The notes under the pieces are model-generated. The model made no database searches. It was not told where the DNA came from and was given only the letters and a program-made list of their open reading frames with translations. DNA of 32,000 nucleotides from Nitrososphaera viennensis EN76 (lineage in GTDB: Archaea > Thermoproteota > Nitrososphaeria > Nitrososphaerales > Nitrososphaeraceae). The translations under genes and the position numbers were made by a program. Numbering within the stretch: the first letter of the stretch is position 1; each line of letters starts with the position of its first letter. The stretch lies in contig NZ_CP007536.1 in assembly GCF_000698785.1 (NCBI RefSeq), positions 2,190,001 through 2,222,000 on the forward strand, in the 5' to 3' direction. Below are positions 1-8,801 of this stretch, piece by piece.

Positions 1-1324
1 TGTACTTGTAGATGTTGTGTTCGTTATCTTTGTAAATAGTTAGAAGCCCGAAAGCTTCGGGGTTCATGTAAAACAGGTGATTATCGTCAGCAGCCCAGTC
101 AAATCCTTCGTACTGCGTGTATCCTCCTCCCCAGTATGCTTCTGTGGGTATGCTTATGTCCAGCCTAGACATTCTGAATGTGTCCAGATCTAAAATCGCG
201 ACTTCGGATTCATAATTGCTTATCGAACGCTGGACAAGGGCGAGTTTGCCTGAAGGGCTTACGCTTCCAATCCAGATGCTGTCTGACAGTATGCTCTCTT
301 TCAAAATCTTGCCGCTTTGGGTGTCAAATATAGTCAGTTGGGTGGGTATTACGGTATTTGCAGGAGTAGTAGATTCCATGGATTCTCTTTGTGTATACAA
401 TATGGCCGTTTCGTTTATCCAGTCTGCCCTTGTAATGTTGAAGCCTATCTTTTGTAGATTAGTTCCATTCACACTGGCGACGTAAAGCACTGGCAATGAT
501 TCATTCGATCCCGGCGGATGAGTCGAGCCAATGAACAATACCCTTGATGCATCCGAGTTCAGCCTTGGCTCGATGGGAGAGTAGAATGGTTCTCGGTTCT
601 CAAACAGTATTTGCTGCGGCGGACCCTTTGCGGTACCGTCGCTGGCAGTCTTGAGAGTCCACAGGCTTGTAGAGTTGTCCCGAGTAAGGGAATACACTAG
701 CGTATCTCCGGACCAATCAAGGGAATTGATGCTGAGCTCCTTTGCGACAATCTTGCCAGAGGAATCGCGGAAACCGCCTTGCCCTGACTCAAATCTTACT
801 AGGGACTTGACGCTTGTTACCGCTTCAATGGTTCTCTGGCCTAAATCACTGGCATGCCAGCCTCTGGTAGATTCTGCAAACACCCATTCTCCACTGTTGC
901 TATCCAACTGCCACGTGCGGGAATCATTGTAGGTATCGGTCAATGCAGGCGTCTTGTCCCACAGCGGAGCTTTCTTGGTGTTGTCGCGGAAAATCGATAT
1001 TGAATTGTTGAAGTTTTTCCATCCCGGCAAGCCGGCATTGTCTGGGTCACATTTTGACAGGCATATTGGAAGATAGCTGCTAGACGAAATGCTGCTCAAT
1101 CCTCCGATGCCCTGCATTTCGCTGCCATCCGAGCCGTTCCAGAGCATGGTGGCCAAGCTTACCTCGTGATCAGTGGGGTTATAGACTTCAAACCACTGCC
1201 ATCCGCCGACTCCGCCTAATTCAACCTCTGTTATCATAATTTCCCGAGTAGGTCTATCTTGAGAAACCTGGCTCGTCGCTGCTGAAGGCAGGATGGGAAG
1301 GGTTGCTGCTAATATCAATGGCAT
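1..1324 (-). CDS. Secreted protein with signal peptide, lamin-tail (LTD)-like domain and TolB/PD40-like beta-propeller repeats; 3' end runs off the window
   Basis: Absent from the ORF track because it has no stop inside the window. My reverse-complement translation from the ATG at 1324 is open down to base 1. It reads MPLILAATLPILPSAATSQ..., then ITEVELGGVGGWQWFEVYNPTDHEVSL (LTD-like), then DWSGDTLVYS, PRLNSDASRVLFIGS, VSPSGKLALVQRS and WAADDNHLFYMN (PD40-like repeats). Confidence 0.6.
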   Translation of the reverse strand, partial: MPLILAATLPILPSAATSQVSQDRPTREIMITEVELGGVGGWQWFEVYNPTDHEVSLATMLWNGSDGSEMQGIGGLSSISSSSYLPICLSKCDPDNAGLPGWKNFNNSISIFRDNTKKAPLWDKTPALTDTYNDSRTWQLDSNSGEWVFAESTRGWHASDLGQRTIEAVTSVKSLVRFESGQGGFRDSSGKIVAKELSINSLDWSGDTLVYSLTRDNSTSLWTLKTASDGTAKGPPQQILFENREPFYSPIEPRLNSDASRVLFIGSTHPPGSNESLPVLYVASVNGTNLQKIGFNITRADWINETAILYTQRESMESTTPANTVIPTQLTIFDTQSGKILKESILSDSIWIGSVSPSGKLALVQRSISNYESEVAILDLDTFRMSRLDISIPTEAYWGGGYTQYEGFDWAADDNHLFYMNPEAFGLLTIYKDNEHNIYKY

Positions 1325-1549
1325 TGCTACAACTATCGACAATAGGCACGACAAAAGTTATTGAACTAAAGTGGATGATAACAGGTTGCTTTTGAGCTTT
1401 TATCCAAACTCTGCCCGCAAAATCTGAAGCAGGTTTTTGAAAGCCCATAATGGATGTTTTGAACTCTTCGCACATTGATTTCTATTTTATTCTATATGAT
1501 TTTTGCAAAAGAGTTGAATAGCAGACAAGATTGCCTCCATGGCGTACAT

Positions 1550-2743
1550 ATGCGGCTCGTACATGGCATGATGATCCCTTTTGCCCTTGTGCTAGCTGTT
1601 ATCCTTATTGCAGGCCTTGCGCCTTCAAACCAGGCCGCAGCATATGCACCCTATTCCATCAAGCTGGGCTCGCCTATACTGGATGTTGCCGTCAATCCTG
1701 CTACAAACACGATTTATGTCTCACACGTGAATTCCATTTCCGTGATAAACGGCTCCAGTTACAGCCTTGCCGCCACTATTCCGCTGGATGCCACCAACGA
1801 TGCTGTCGGGCTAGCGGTCGACGCGCCTGCCAACAGGCTGTACGCCGCTGCCCAGGATTCCAATCAGGTGTACGTCATTGACACGCTAGCAAACCGGGTC
1901 GTCGAAAAAATACCTGCCAGGGGATGGCCGGTAGGCGTCGCAGTCAACCCGGAGACAAACCTTGTTTATGTTGCAAATTCTGCATCGGGACGGTCCGAGT
2001 CGTACGATTTCCCCGTGGAAGACGACCTAGTGTCCGTCATCAACGGCACGACCTATAGAGTAGTGGCAGACATTGACGTGGGCAGCAGATTCCTTTCAGA
2101 GGAAGGAATAACTAGAGACACTCAAGGCATCGGAGTCAGCGCGCCTACAACCATATCTGTCAATCCCGGCACGAACATGGTGTACGTAGGAGGCGGGATG
2201 TCCGGTGACATAGTGGCAGTCGACGCTTATGCAAACAAGGTCGCGGCAAGAATCCCAATAGAAGGCAGCCATCTGGGAAGCGACATCAACCTTGACACAA
2301 ACACCGTCTATTTCAGCAACAACGGGCGAGGTGCAATAGACGTCATCGACGGCTCGTCCAATACCTTGTATTACTCGATTGAACGTAAAGAAAACGGCCG
2401 GCCGTTTTCTTTTCCTGAAGACGTGGCGGTAAACCCAAAAACGAACAAGCTGTACGTTGCAGACCTGGATTCGGTTTCCATAATCGATCCAGATTCGAGA
2501 AAGGTGATAAAAACAATAGATATCGGAGGATACAAGGACGTTGCAGTAAATCCAGAGACAAACCTTGCGTTTGTCACCGTCCGCGATTCCAGTTCGCTTG
2601 TCATAATTGATGGCAACACAAACGAGATGATCCTTGATCCCGGAAGCTATGCGTACGAGATTGCCGCCGGCATTGGAGTCGTTTCTATAGCTGTTGCGAT
2701 CTTCTTTATCAAAAAGCACAAGCGGAAATCTGACCGTGCTTGA
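1550..2743 (+). CDS. YVTN-family beta-propeller repeat surface protein with N-terminal signal/TM and C-terminal TM anchor
   Basis: ORF 1475..2743. Repeated motifs are VAVNPATNTIYVS, VAVNPETNLVYVAN, ISVNPGTNMVYVG, VAVNPKTNKLYVAD and VAVNPETNLAFVT. The likely start is the ATG at 1550 (MRLVHGMMIPFALVLAVILIAG). The C-terminus is IAAGIGVVSIAVAIFFIKKHKRK. Confidence 0.8.
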   Translation: MRLVHGMMIPFALVLAVILIAGLAPSNQAAAYAPYSIKLGSPILDVAVNPATNTIYVSHVNSISVINGSSYSLAATIPLDATNDAVGLAVDAPANRLYAAAQDSNQVYVIDTLANRVVEKIPARGWPVGVAVNPETNLVYVANSASGRSESYDFPVEDDLVSVINGTTYRVVADIDVGSRFLSEEGITRDTQGIGVSAPTTISVNPGTNMVYVGGGMSGDIVAVDAYANKVAARIPIEGSHLGSDINLDTNTVYFSNNGRGAIDVIDGSSNTLYYSIERKENGRPFSFPEDVAVNPKTNKLYVADLDSVSIIDPDSRKVIKTIDIGGYKDVAVNPETNLAFVTVRDSSSLVIIDGNTNEMILDPGSYAYEIAAGIGVVSIAVAIFFIKKHKRKSDRA

Positions 2744-2799
2744 ATGCCCCTGCTGCATTGGTCACGACTAGCAATGATGCAAATCAATATTTTTCTGCC

Positions 2800-4098
2800 C
2801 TAGGGTTCTACCCGCGACATCGTCCTTGGGAACAGCACCGTGTCCTTGATGTCCTCCGCGTTTGTTATCCATCGCACGAGGCGCTCGATGCCAAGGCCAA
2901 AGCCGCCGTGCGGCACCGAACCGTACCTGCGCAGGTCGAGGTACCACTCGTACGCCTCTGGCTTCAACCCCTCCTTTACCATCCTGCTGGTGATAGAGTC
3001 GATGCTGTCTTCCCTCTGGCCGCCGCTTGTTATCTCGCCAAAGCCCCGGGGCGCAAGCATGTCTGCAGTCAGACCGATGCCAGGATGCTCCGGGTCTTCC
3101 TTGACGTAGAACGGCTTGACCGCGATGGGGTAGCCGACTACAAACACCGGCTTGTCGGCGTCCTTGGTCAGCTCGCGCTCGGAATCAATCGATAGGTCGT
3201 CGCCAAACTGGATCTCGCGCTTTGTCCCGTCGTCTTCCGTGACCTGGAAGCCTTTTGAGCGCAAAATCTCTATTGCCCTGCCGTACGGCACGCGCTCAAA
3301 CGGGGGCTCGACCTTTTTGAGGCCGGAAACGTCGCGCTTTAGGAATTCCAGTTCCTCTGCACGCTCTTTGATGGTATTCTGTATCACGTACGAGACGAGC
3401 TGCTCTTCCACCTTCAAGATGTCCTCAAGCGTGACCCACGGCGCCTCTGCTTCCAGGTGGGAAAATTCCGCCAGGTGCCGGACCGTCCTCGACTTTTCAG
3501 CCCGGAACGACGGCGTCAGGCTCCACACGGGCCCAAGCGAGAATATCATCGCCTCCAGGTACAGCTGCGCGCTCTGCGACAGGTACGCGTCCTGGTCAAA
3601 GTATCGCAATTTGAAAAGCGTCGAGCCTCCTTCCACCGCTCCCTTGACAATGGTCGGCGCAGTCACCTCCATCCAGCCGTTTTCCACGAACCACCGCCGG
3701 CCATAGTGCAGGACGGACGCGCGCACCTTGGCCATTGCGATCATTTTTCTCGTGCGGAGCGCAAGGTGGCGCTTGTCGAGCAGCAGCTCGTCGCTCTGGT
3801 ACTCGCCTATGGGGTACTCGGCCGCGATGTTGAATATTTTCAGTTCTTTTCCTTTTATCTCAAAGCCGCCCTCCGGCGCCCGTGGGTCCTGGCTCACAAT
3901 GCCGGTGACTTGAACCGACGACTCTATCGTGAGGCCCGCGGCCTTGTCTGTGGGCAGGACGCACTGTATCACTCCTCCCCTGTCGTCCCTGAGGAGTATG
4001 AACGAGTTTTCTTTTTGCTTGCGCAGGCGGTGTACCCAGCCCCTGATTGTCACTTCTTTTCCAATAAAACTGGCATTCTTGACCTCGCTGGCCCGCAT
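2800..4098 (-). CDS. asnS: Asparaginyl-tRNA synthetase (class IIb, archaeal type)
   Basis: 432 aa. Diagnostic motifs are GAVEGGSTLFKLRYFDQDAYLSQSAQLYLEA, SLTPSFRAEKSRTVRHLAEFSHLEAE, YEWYLDLRRYGSVPHGGFGLGIERLV and the C-terminal LFPRTMSRVEP. These match the archaeal AsnRS pattern better than AspRS. Confidence 0.9.
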   Translation of the reverse strand: MRASEVKNASFIGKEVTIRGWVHRLRKQKENSFILLRDDRGGVIQCVLPTDKAAGLTIESSVQVTGIVSQDPRAPEGGFEIKGKELKIFNIAAEYPIGEYQSDELLLDKRHLALRTRKMIAMAKVRASVLHYGRRWFVENGWMEVTAPTIVKGAVEGGSTLFKLRYFDQDAYLSQSAQLYLEAMIFSLGPVWSLTPSFRAEKSRTVRHLAEFSHLEAEAPWVTLEDILKVEEQLVSYVIQNTIKERAEELEFLKRDVSGLKKVEPPFERVPYGRAIEILRSKGFQVTEDDGTKREIQFGDDLSIDSERELTKDADKPVFVVGYPIAVKPFYVKEDPEHPGIGLTADMLAPRGFGEITSGGQREDSIDSITSRMVKEGLKPEAYEWYLDLRRYGSVPHGGFGLGIERLVRWITNAEDIKDTVLFPRTMSRVEP

Positions 4099-4128
4099 AA
4101 TAGCAGCTGTGTCATGCAGTCCTGATTA

Positions 4129-4737
4129 TTATAATGTTTTAGACTTTTCATTGAACGCGGCAAGCAGCACCTTTCTTATGGGCGCCCATATCCGTTTGTC
4201 TTTTGCTTTTTCCGGGTTGGCTAGAAGCTGGATCGCCATGCCGTGATAGATGGCAAAGAGCATCCTGACAATGCCCTCTGCTTCTGCCGCGTCCACCTTG
4301 ATGGCGCCGACCGAAGACGCAAATTCCAGGAGCGCCTTCAGCCTGCCTATTGCCTCTTCGAGGCCGTCTCTAAAGACCTTGGCTATCTTGTCGCTCCTCC
4401 TGCTGCTGACCCACATCTCAAAGAGCAGGGCGGTAAAGTCCGGGTTTTCCTGCAGGTTTCTTTTCAGGACCTCTATCATGCCGTCGACCAGCTCTTCCGG
4501 CGACTTGGCACTTGACAGGCTGCCGACAGAGGAATCCCACATAGGGCCAAAGCCAAACGCCAGCGCCTTTGAGACCATGTCCTCCTTGTCCTTGAAGTAG
4601 TAATGCAGGAGGCCCCTGCTGACCTTGGCCGCGTCTGCAACGTCGTTGATGGTGGTGTTCTCGTAGCCCTTTTTCGAGAGCACCGCAAGCGTCGCCTCCA
4701 TCATCCTCTCGGCCTTTTCCTCCTTGCCCTTTGGCAC
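4129..4737 (-). CDS. TetR/AcrR family transcriptional regulator
   Basis: N-terminal HTH signature ATLAVLSKKGYENTTINDVADAAKVSRGLLHYYFKDKEDMV. 202 aa, an all-helical type of sequence. Confidence 0.85.
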   Translation of the reverse strand: MPKGKEEKAERMMEATLAVLSKKGYENTTINDVADAAKVSRGLLHYYFKDKEDMVSKALAFGFGPMWDSSVGSLSSAKSPEELVDGMIEVLKRNLQENPDFTALLFEMWVSSRRSDKIAKVFRDGLEEAIGRLKALLEFASSVGAIKVDAAEAEGIVRMLFAIYHGMAIQLLANPEKAKDKRIWAPIRKVLLAAFNEKSKTL

Positions 4738-4944
4738 AAGTACACACCGCGCCCGTCGGTTATTATGACTTTTGCCGGACGCCCAACAAAGAGTATGTGA
4801 TGAAGGCCACCATCATCTTTCTTGCCGCCGACACGCCAAGAATCTGTTTTATCCAGATAGGATTGCTTTGTTTGCTTTTACGCTGTTATCCATATCATTG
4901 GAATCAATTTCTCTGCAGAACTAGCTGATGGAGAGGCTGCTGAT

Positions 4945-5211
4945 TTGAACAATACCTTCTTTGGAATAGTAGGGGTAGGGATTGGATGGCCGCTTTTTGT
5001 GTTCCTTATTTCCCTTGTCTACTCCTTGATGCCGTCATGGTCCTGGACGTACGCCAACCCGTATTTCGTTTGGGTAATGGCTCCGCTTTCATTCACATAC
5101 CTGTACCTCATATCATGCGGGATAATAGCGTACCTTTGGCGACGGATAATAAAGGTGGCCGATAGCAGAGACAGGCAGCAGGATAGTAGTACGCGCCAAG
5201 CGGCCGACTAG
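4945..5211 (+). CDS. Small hypothetical membrane protein (2-3 TM)
   Basis: 88-aa ORF with a TTG start and hydrophobic segments (FFGIVGVGIGWPLFVFLISLVY, FVWVMAPLSFTYLYLISCGIIAYLW). Its stop overlaps the convergent MgtC stop (CTAG). No recognisable family. Confidence 0.4.
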   Translation: MNNTFFGIVGVGIGWPLFVFLISLVYSLMPSWSWTYANPYFVWVMAPLSFTYLYLISCGIIAYLWRRIIKVADSRDRQQDSSTRQAAD

Positions 5212-5651
5212 GTCTCTTCTCCCTTTTTTATCATCTTTGAGATGTGCGGTATTCGCGGCACGCCGGCTGCAAATGCCGTCGCCACTATTGCAAGGAAATA
5301 GTATTCGTAGCCGATAGCCATGCCGATTGAAGCGGCAAACCATACGGCGGCTGCGGTTGTCAGGTTTGTTATCTTGCCGTCCAGCTCGCTCTTTAGGATG
5401 AGCCCTGCCCCGAGAAAGCCTATGCCGGAGATTATCTGTGCTGCAATCCTTGACGACGAGTTGGGGTCCACCAGCGACGAAAGGAAAGTAAAGATCATCG
5501 CCCCTCCTATCACGAGGCAGTGCGTGCTTATCCCTGCCGCCTTGTTCCTTGACTCCCTCTCTACACCAATGGCAAAGCCGGCCGCCAGAGAAATCCCGAT
5601 GCCAACCAGAAAACGCATCTCATAGCCGGTTGGTATCCCTTCAAATACCAT
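5208..5651 (-). CDS. MgtC/SapB family membrane protein
   Basis: Motifs are GFAIGVERESRNKAAGISTHCLVIGGAMIF, AQIISGIGFLGAGLILK and LTTAAAVWFAASIGMAIG. The ORF extends to 5759, but the ATG at 5651 (MVFEGIP) fits the family N-terminus. Confidence 0.8.
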   Translation of the reverse strand: MVFEGIPTGYEMRFLVGIGISLAAGFAIGVERESRNKAAGISTHCLVIGGAMIFTFLSSLVDPNSSSRIAAQIISGIGFLGAGLILKSELDGKITNLTTAAAVWFAASIGMAIGYEYYFLAIVATAFAAGVPRIPHISKMIKKGEET

Positions 5652-5783
5652 CTCTTCTTCTTGCCTTATTGACAAAAATAATATTTTAACCATGAGGCTA
5701 GTCTGCTCGCGTTCCTTCATGAAATTACGCAATCGACGATATTTGAGCTCGTGTTTCAAGAAAAAAGAAAAACAAAGGAAGGG

Positions 5784-6164
5784 TCAGGAGGTTGTCGCTG
5801 CCTTCCTCCCCTTTGCAAAGAAAGCCGCCGCAACCCCTCCAAAGATCGCGCCCAGCGCGCCGACGTACAGGAGCGTCTCGTTGCCTCCTATCGATAGCAT
5901 AGGCGTGCCAGAACCATTCGGGTTTTCCTCAATGATCGCGTGCTTTCTTGCCGCAAGCAAGGTCTGCTCGTTGCATTCTATCCTGTCGATGTTGTACTTT
6001 TTGCATTCTTCAAGCTGGTCCGGCGTGGCGCCCGCTGTGGGGTTGCCCGAGACGCCGTACTGCGCATGCGACTGCTGCGCCGTCCCTGCCGCCAGTGACA
6101 ATGCTATCGTCCCTGCTGCGGCGGCCAGCAGGGCCATGTGGTAGTAGTTTTTTGTTGTGTCCAT
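5784..6164 (-). CDS. Small secreted/anchored hypothetical protein (signal peptide, two Cys, C-terminal TM plus basic tail)
   Basis: 126 aa. The N-terminus is MALLAAAAGTIALSLAAGTAQQSHAQ, the middle is EECKKYNIDRIECNEQ, and the C-terminus is LLYVGALGAIFGGVAAAFFAKGRK. It starts 8 nt after the stop of the upstream wHTH gene. Confidence 0.5.
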   Translation of the reverse strand: MDTTKNYYHMALLAAAAGTIALSLAAGTAQQSHAQYGVSGNPTAGATPDQLEECKKYNIDRIECNEQTLLAARKHAIIEENPNGSGTPMLSIGGNETLLYVGALGAIFGGVAAAFFAKGRKAATTS

Positions 6165-6171
6165 GCACTAG

Positions 6172-7062
6172 TTATCGGGAGCGCTCTGGATAATCCTGCG
6201 TTCCGGACACATGCGCCCGCGCCTGTTCTGGCACCAGAACGCGGCCTTCGCAGCGGTATTTCACAAGCAAATAGCCAAGAAACCCGATGACCGTGGCTCC
6301 TGCAGGCGGCAGGACGGAAGAGGCAAGCCCCGGCGCCGCAAACGCGCTTTCGCCGGCCGAGGCGACCTTTTCTCTTGACAATGTAAGCGACTCTTCTATC
6401 GTCTGCTGCTGGCTCGTAATACTACTGCTTGCCTCGGGAATGTAGCTCTGCATCTGCACGGAAGGCGGCTCCTGCACGTACTGGAACAAGAACGCGCCGC
6501 CTATGGCAAAAACAAAAAGCGCGATTGCTCCGGGCGCAAACAGCGGAAGAATCCCCCTTGCTGCATTTCTGCTGCTGTTCTCTGCCTTGTCCGCCCTTTC
6601 AAGCAGGCTGAACCTCCACATCCTCCACGCCTCAAGCCACAGCACGCCAGCAGCCGCAAGCGGCACCGCCACGCCGTATATGCTCCACGACGACAGATTG
6701 AATAACACGTACAGGACGGCGACCGCGGAAAACACGGAAGCATAGAACGCAAGCCTCGGGACCGAGAACCTCCCAAAGTTCACGTACGATTCAAGCGCCC
6801 TGACCTTCACCTTGCGGGTGATGCACACCCTGCCATGGCTGTCCTTTGCGGCAAGGCCCATCCCCACCAGCTTTTCCACCTGGTAGTCGGCCACGCTCGG
6901 GCTTGAGAGGCCCAGGTCGCGCTGGATCTCCCTTATCCCTCCCGGCTCACCCTTTTTCAAAAGGTACAGGTACACCTGCAGGGTCCTCCCCTGCAGCTTG
7001 CGCTCAATGCCGCCATCCATGTATGGGATTAGTTGGCAGAGGGAGGATTTAAGGAGCGCCAC
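6172..7062 (-). CDS. Membrane-tethered winged-helix (MarR/ArsR-like) DNA-binding protein
   Basis: The N-terminal wHTH-like sequence is LQVYLYLLKKGEPGGIREIQRDLGLSSPSVADYQVEKLVGMGLAAKDSHGRV. It is followed by at least 4 predicted TM segments. An alternative start is the ATG at 7020 (MDGGIERK). Confidence 0.6.
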   Translation of the reverse strand: MALLKSSLCQLIPYMDGGIERKLQGRTLQVYLYLLKKGEPGGIREIQRDLGLSSPSVADYQVEKLVGMGLAAKDSHGRVCITRKVKVRALESYVNFGRFSVPRLAFYASVFSAVAVLYVLFNLSSWSIYGVAVPLAAAGVLWLEAWRMWRFSLLERADKAENSSRNAARGILPLFAPGAIALFVFAIGGAFLFQYVQEPPSVQMQSYIPEASSSITSQQQTIEESLTLSREKVASAGESAFAAPGLASSVLPPAGATVIGFLGYLLVKYRCEGRVLVPEQARAHVSGTQDYPERSR

Positions 7063-7095
7063 AAAAGCAGGCCGTTCTGGTAGTAGAACACATTA

Positions 7096-7103
7096 TTTTA
7101 TAA
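7096..7103. promoter_or_regulatory. Putative shared (bidirectional) TATA box between divergent genes
   Basis: TTTTATAA is the only strongly AT-rich element in the 7063-7129 spacer. It lies about 30 nt from the TTG at 7130 (+) and about 37 nt from the ATG at 7062 (-). Confidence 0.3.
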
Positions 7104-7129
7104 TTCAGTCCAGTGCCAGCTATAGGGCG

Positions 7130-7723
7130 TTGGAAACGGGGAGAAAGAGAAGAGGGAAAAAAGCCTGGAAGCGCCTTGGCCGGAAAAAGGTGTTTGAGGC
7201 AAGGGAGGGCAAGACCGTCTACATGGAGCTTTTCCAGGACACGGTGCAGACGCCAAAGGGCGGGACACTTTCTTACACGCATTACCGCTCGTCAGACGTC
7301 GTAATAGTCGTCCCGTTCCTTGACAAAAAGACGCTTGTCATGATAAAGCAGTACCGCTACCCGCTTGGCAAGGTGCTGCTTGAATTTCCCGCCGGCCACG
7401 TGGAAAAAGGCGAAAGCCCGCTTGCGACCGCCAAGAGGGAGCTGCGCGAGGAGACCGGATACCGGGCAAAAAAGGTAGAGCACGTCTATGATTACCATCC
7501 GTCCGTCAGCAAGTCGCGGCAGGTGGTGCACGTCTTTGCGGCGGCCGGCCTTGCAGGCGGCAGGGCTGACCACGACAGCACAGAGGACATCGACGTGGAA
7601 ATCGTCAAAGTCGACAGCCTCCGCGACATGATACGCGAGCAAAAAGTGGAAAACGCCGGCACGCTGATTGCTTATTTGTTGTGTTGCAGCGGAATAAAAA
7701 AGATAAACGGCAATGGCAAATAG
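7130..7723 (+). CDS. NUDIX hydrolase (ADP-ribose pyrophosphatase-like)
   Basis: The Nudix box is GHVEKGESPLATAKRELREETGY. The ORF track starts it at 6998, which would overlap the divergent gene. I chose the TTG at 7130; the start is uncertain. Confidence 0.8.
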   Translation: METGRKRRGKKAWKRLGRKKVFEAREGKTVYMELFQDTVQTPKGGTLSYTHYRSSDVVIVVPFLDKKTLVMIKQYRYPLGKVLLEFPAGHVEKGESPLATAKRELREETGYRAKKVEHVYDYHPSVSKSRQVVHVFAAAGLAGGRADHDSTEDIDVEIVKVDSLRDMIREQKVENAGTLIAYLLCCSGIKKINGNGK

Positions 7724-8801
7724 TGTGGAGAGCGACATGGCAGAAGAAGGAGAGACAACGACGACGATGATGATGAAGGCGATGGTCCTTAACAGGTGCG
7801 CGCCAATCGAGACAAGGCCGCTTGAACTAAAGTCGATACCGGTTCCAAAGCCCAAAAAGAGGGGCGAAGTGCTTTTGGAGATAGAGGCGTGCGGCGTCTG
7901 CCGGTCAAACCTGCACATGATAGAGGGCGACTGGAAGGACGAGGGCTCGCCGTCGGTCCTGCCTGTGGTGCCTGGCCACGAGGTCGTCGGCGTCGTGAAA
8001 AAGGCCGACGGCGCAAAGAAGGTTAGAGAGGGCGACAGGGTCGGCATACAGCCCCTGTTCAGCTCGTGCCTGAAATGCGGCTACTGCAATTCCGGCAAGG
8101 AGCACCTGTGCGATGACGCCGAGATAACGGGCGAAAGCGTGCAGGGCGGGTACGCCGAGTACATCGTCGCAAACGAAGAATTCGTTACTGCCATACCTGA
8201 CAGCATCGACTCTGCGCACGCGGCCCCGCTGTTCTGCCCCGGCATAACGGCGTACAAGGCAGTCAAGGCAAGCGAGCCGGCAAAGGGCAGGTCCGTGGGC
8301 ATCTTTGGAGTCGGAGGCGTCGGGCACCTTGCGATACAGATGGCCAAGATGGACGGCGCAAGGGTAGTCGCCATTTCCCGGGCAAAAAAGCACCTTGACC
8401 TTGCCAAGAAGCTGGGAGCAGACAGCACCGTCACGTACCAAGAGTCGACCGACCAGTTCATCAAGAGCCTGAAAAAAGAGGAAGGAGGGCTGCTGGACAG
8501 CGCAATCGTGTTTGCTCCGTCAGAGAAGGCCATTGACGCGGCGGTAAGGTCGGTCAAAAAAGGCGGGCTCGTGGTGGTGGGAGTCGTCGGCGAAATACCG
8601 CACTTTTACGCGTTTGACGAAAAGACGATACGCGGGACCGTGATAGGCTCCCGGCAGGACATGGCAGACCTTGTGGCACTTGCCGCCGGCAGGTCGCTTG
8701 AAGTGGTGGTAGAGACGCACAGGCTTGACGAGGCAAATGACGTGCTTGCACGGCTGAAACACTCGGAAGTGGAGGCTCGCGCGGTGCTTGTTCCCCCCTA
8801 G
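7713..8801 (+). CDS. Zinc-dependent alcohol dehydrogenase (MDR superfamily)
   Basis: Motifs are EACGVCRSNLH, GHEVVGVV, the structural-zinc motif CLKCGYCNSGKEHLC, and a Rossmann GIFGVGGVGH. Alternative starts lie at 7737 and 7767 (MMMKAMVL). Confidence 0.85.
   Translation: MANSVESDMAEEGETTTTMMMKAMVLNRCAPIETRPLELKSIPVPKPKKRGEVLLEIEACGVCRSNLHMIEGDWKDEGSPSVLPVVPGHEVVGVVKKADGAKKVREGDRVGIQPLFSSCLKCGYCNSGKEHLCDDAEITGESVQGGYAEYIVANEEFVTAIPDSIDSAHAAPLFCPGITAYKAVKASEPAKGRSVGIFGVGGVGHLAIQMAKMDGARVVAISRAKKHLDLAKKLGADSTVTYQESTDQFIKSLKKEEGGLLDSAIVFAPSEKAIDAAVRSVKKGGLVVVGVVGEIPHFYAFDEKTIRGTVIGSRQDMADLVALAAGRSLEVVVETHRLDEANDVLARLKHSEVEARAVLVPP

Noticed and set aside
1254-1475. 73-aa minus-strand ORF upstream of the LTD/TolB-like gene.
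   Set aside because: It overlaps the signal-peptide-encoding start of the 1..1324 gene in another frame and covers the divergent promoter region. Its product has no features.
3457-4125. 222-aa plus-strand ORF, and other plus-strand ORFs between 2740 and 4246.
   Set aside because: They are antisense to asnS, which matches archaeal AsnRS along its whole length.
7292-8047. 251-aa minus-strand ORF.
   Set aside because: It is antisense to the NUDIX and alcohol dehydrogenase genes, both of which have clear family motifs. Its product is low-complexity and Ser/Pro/Phe-rich.
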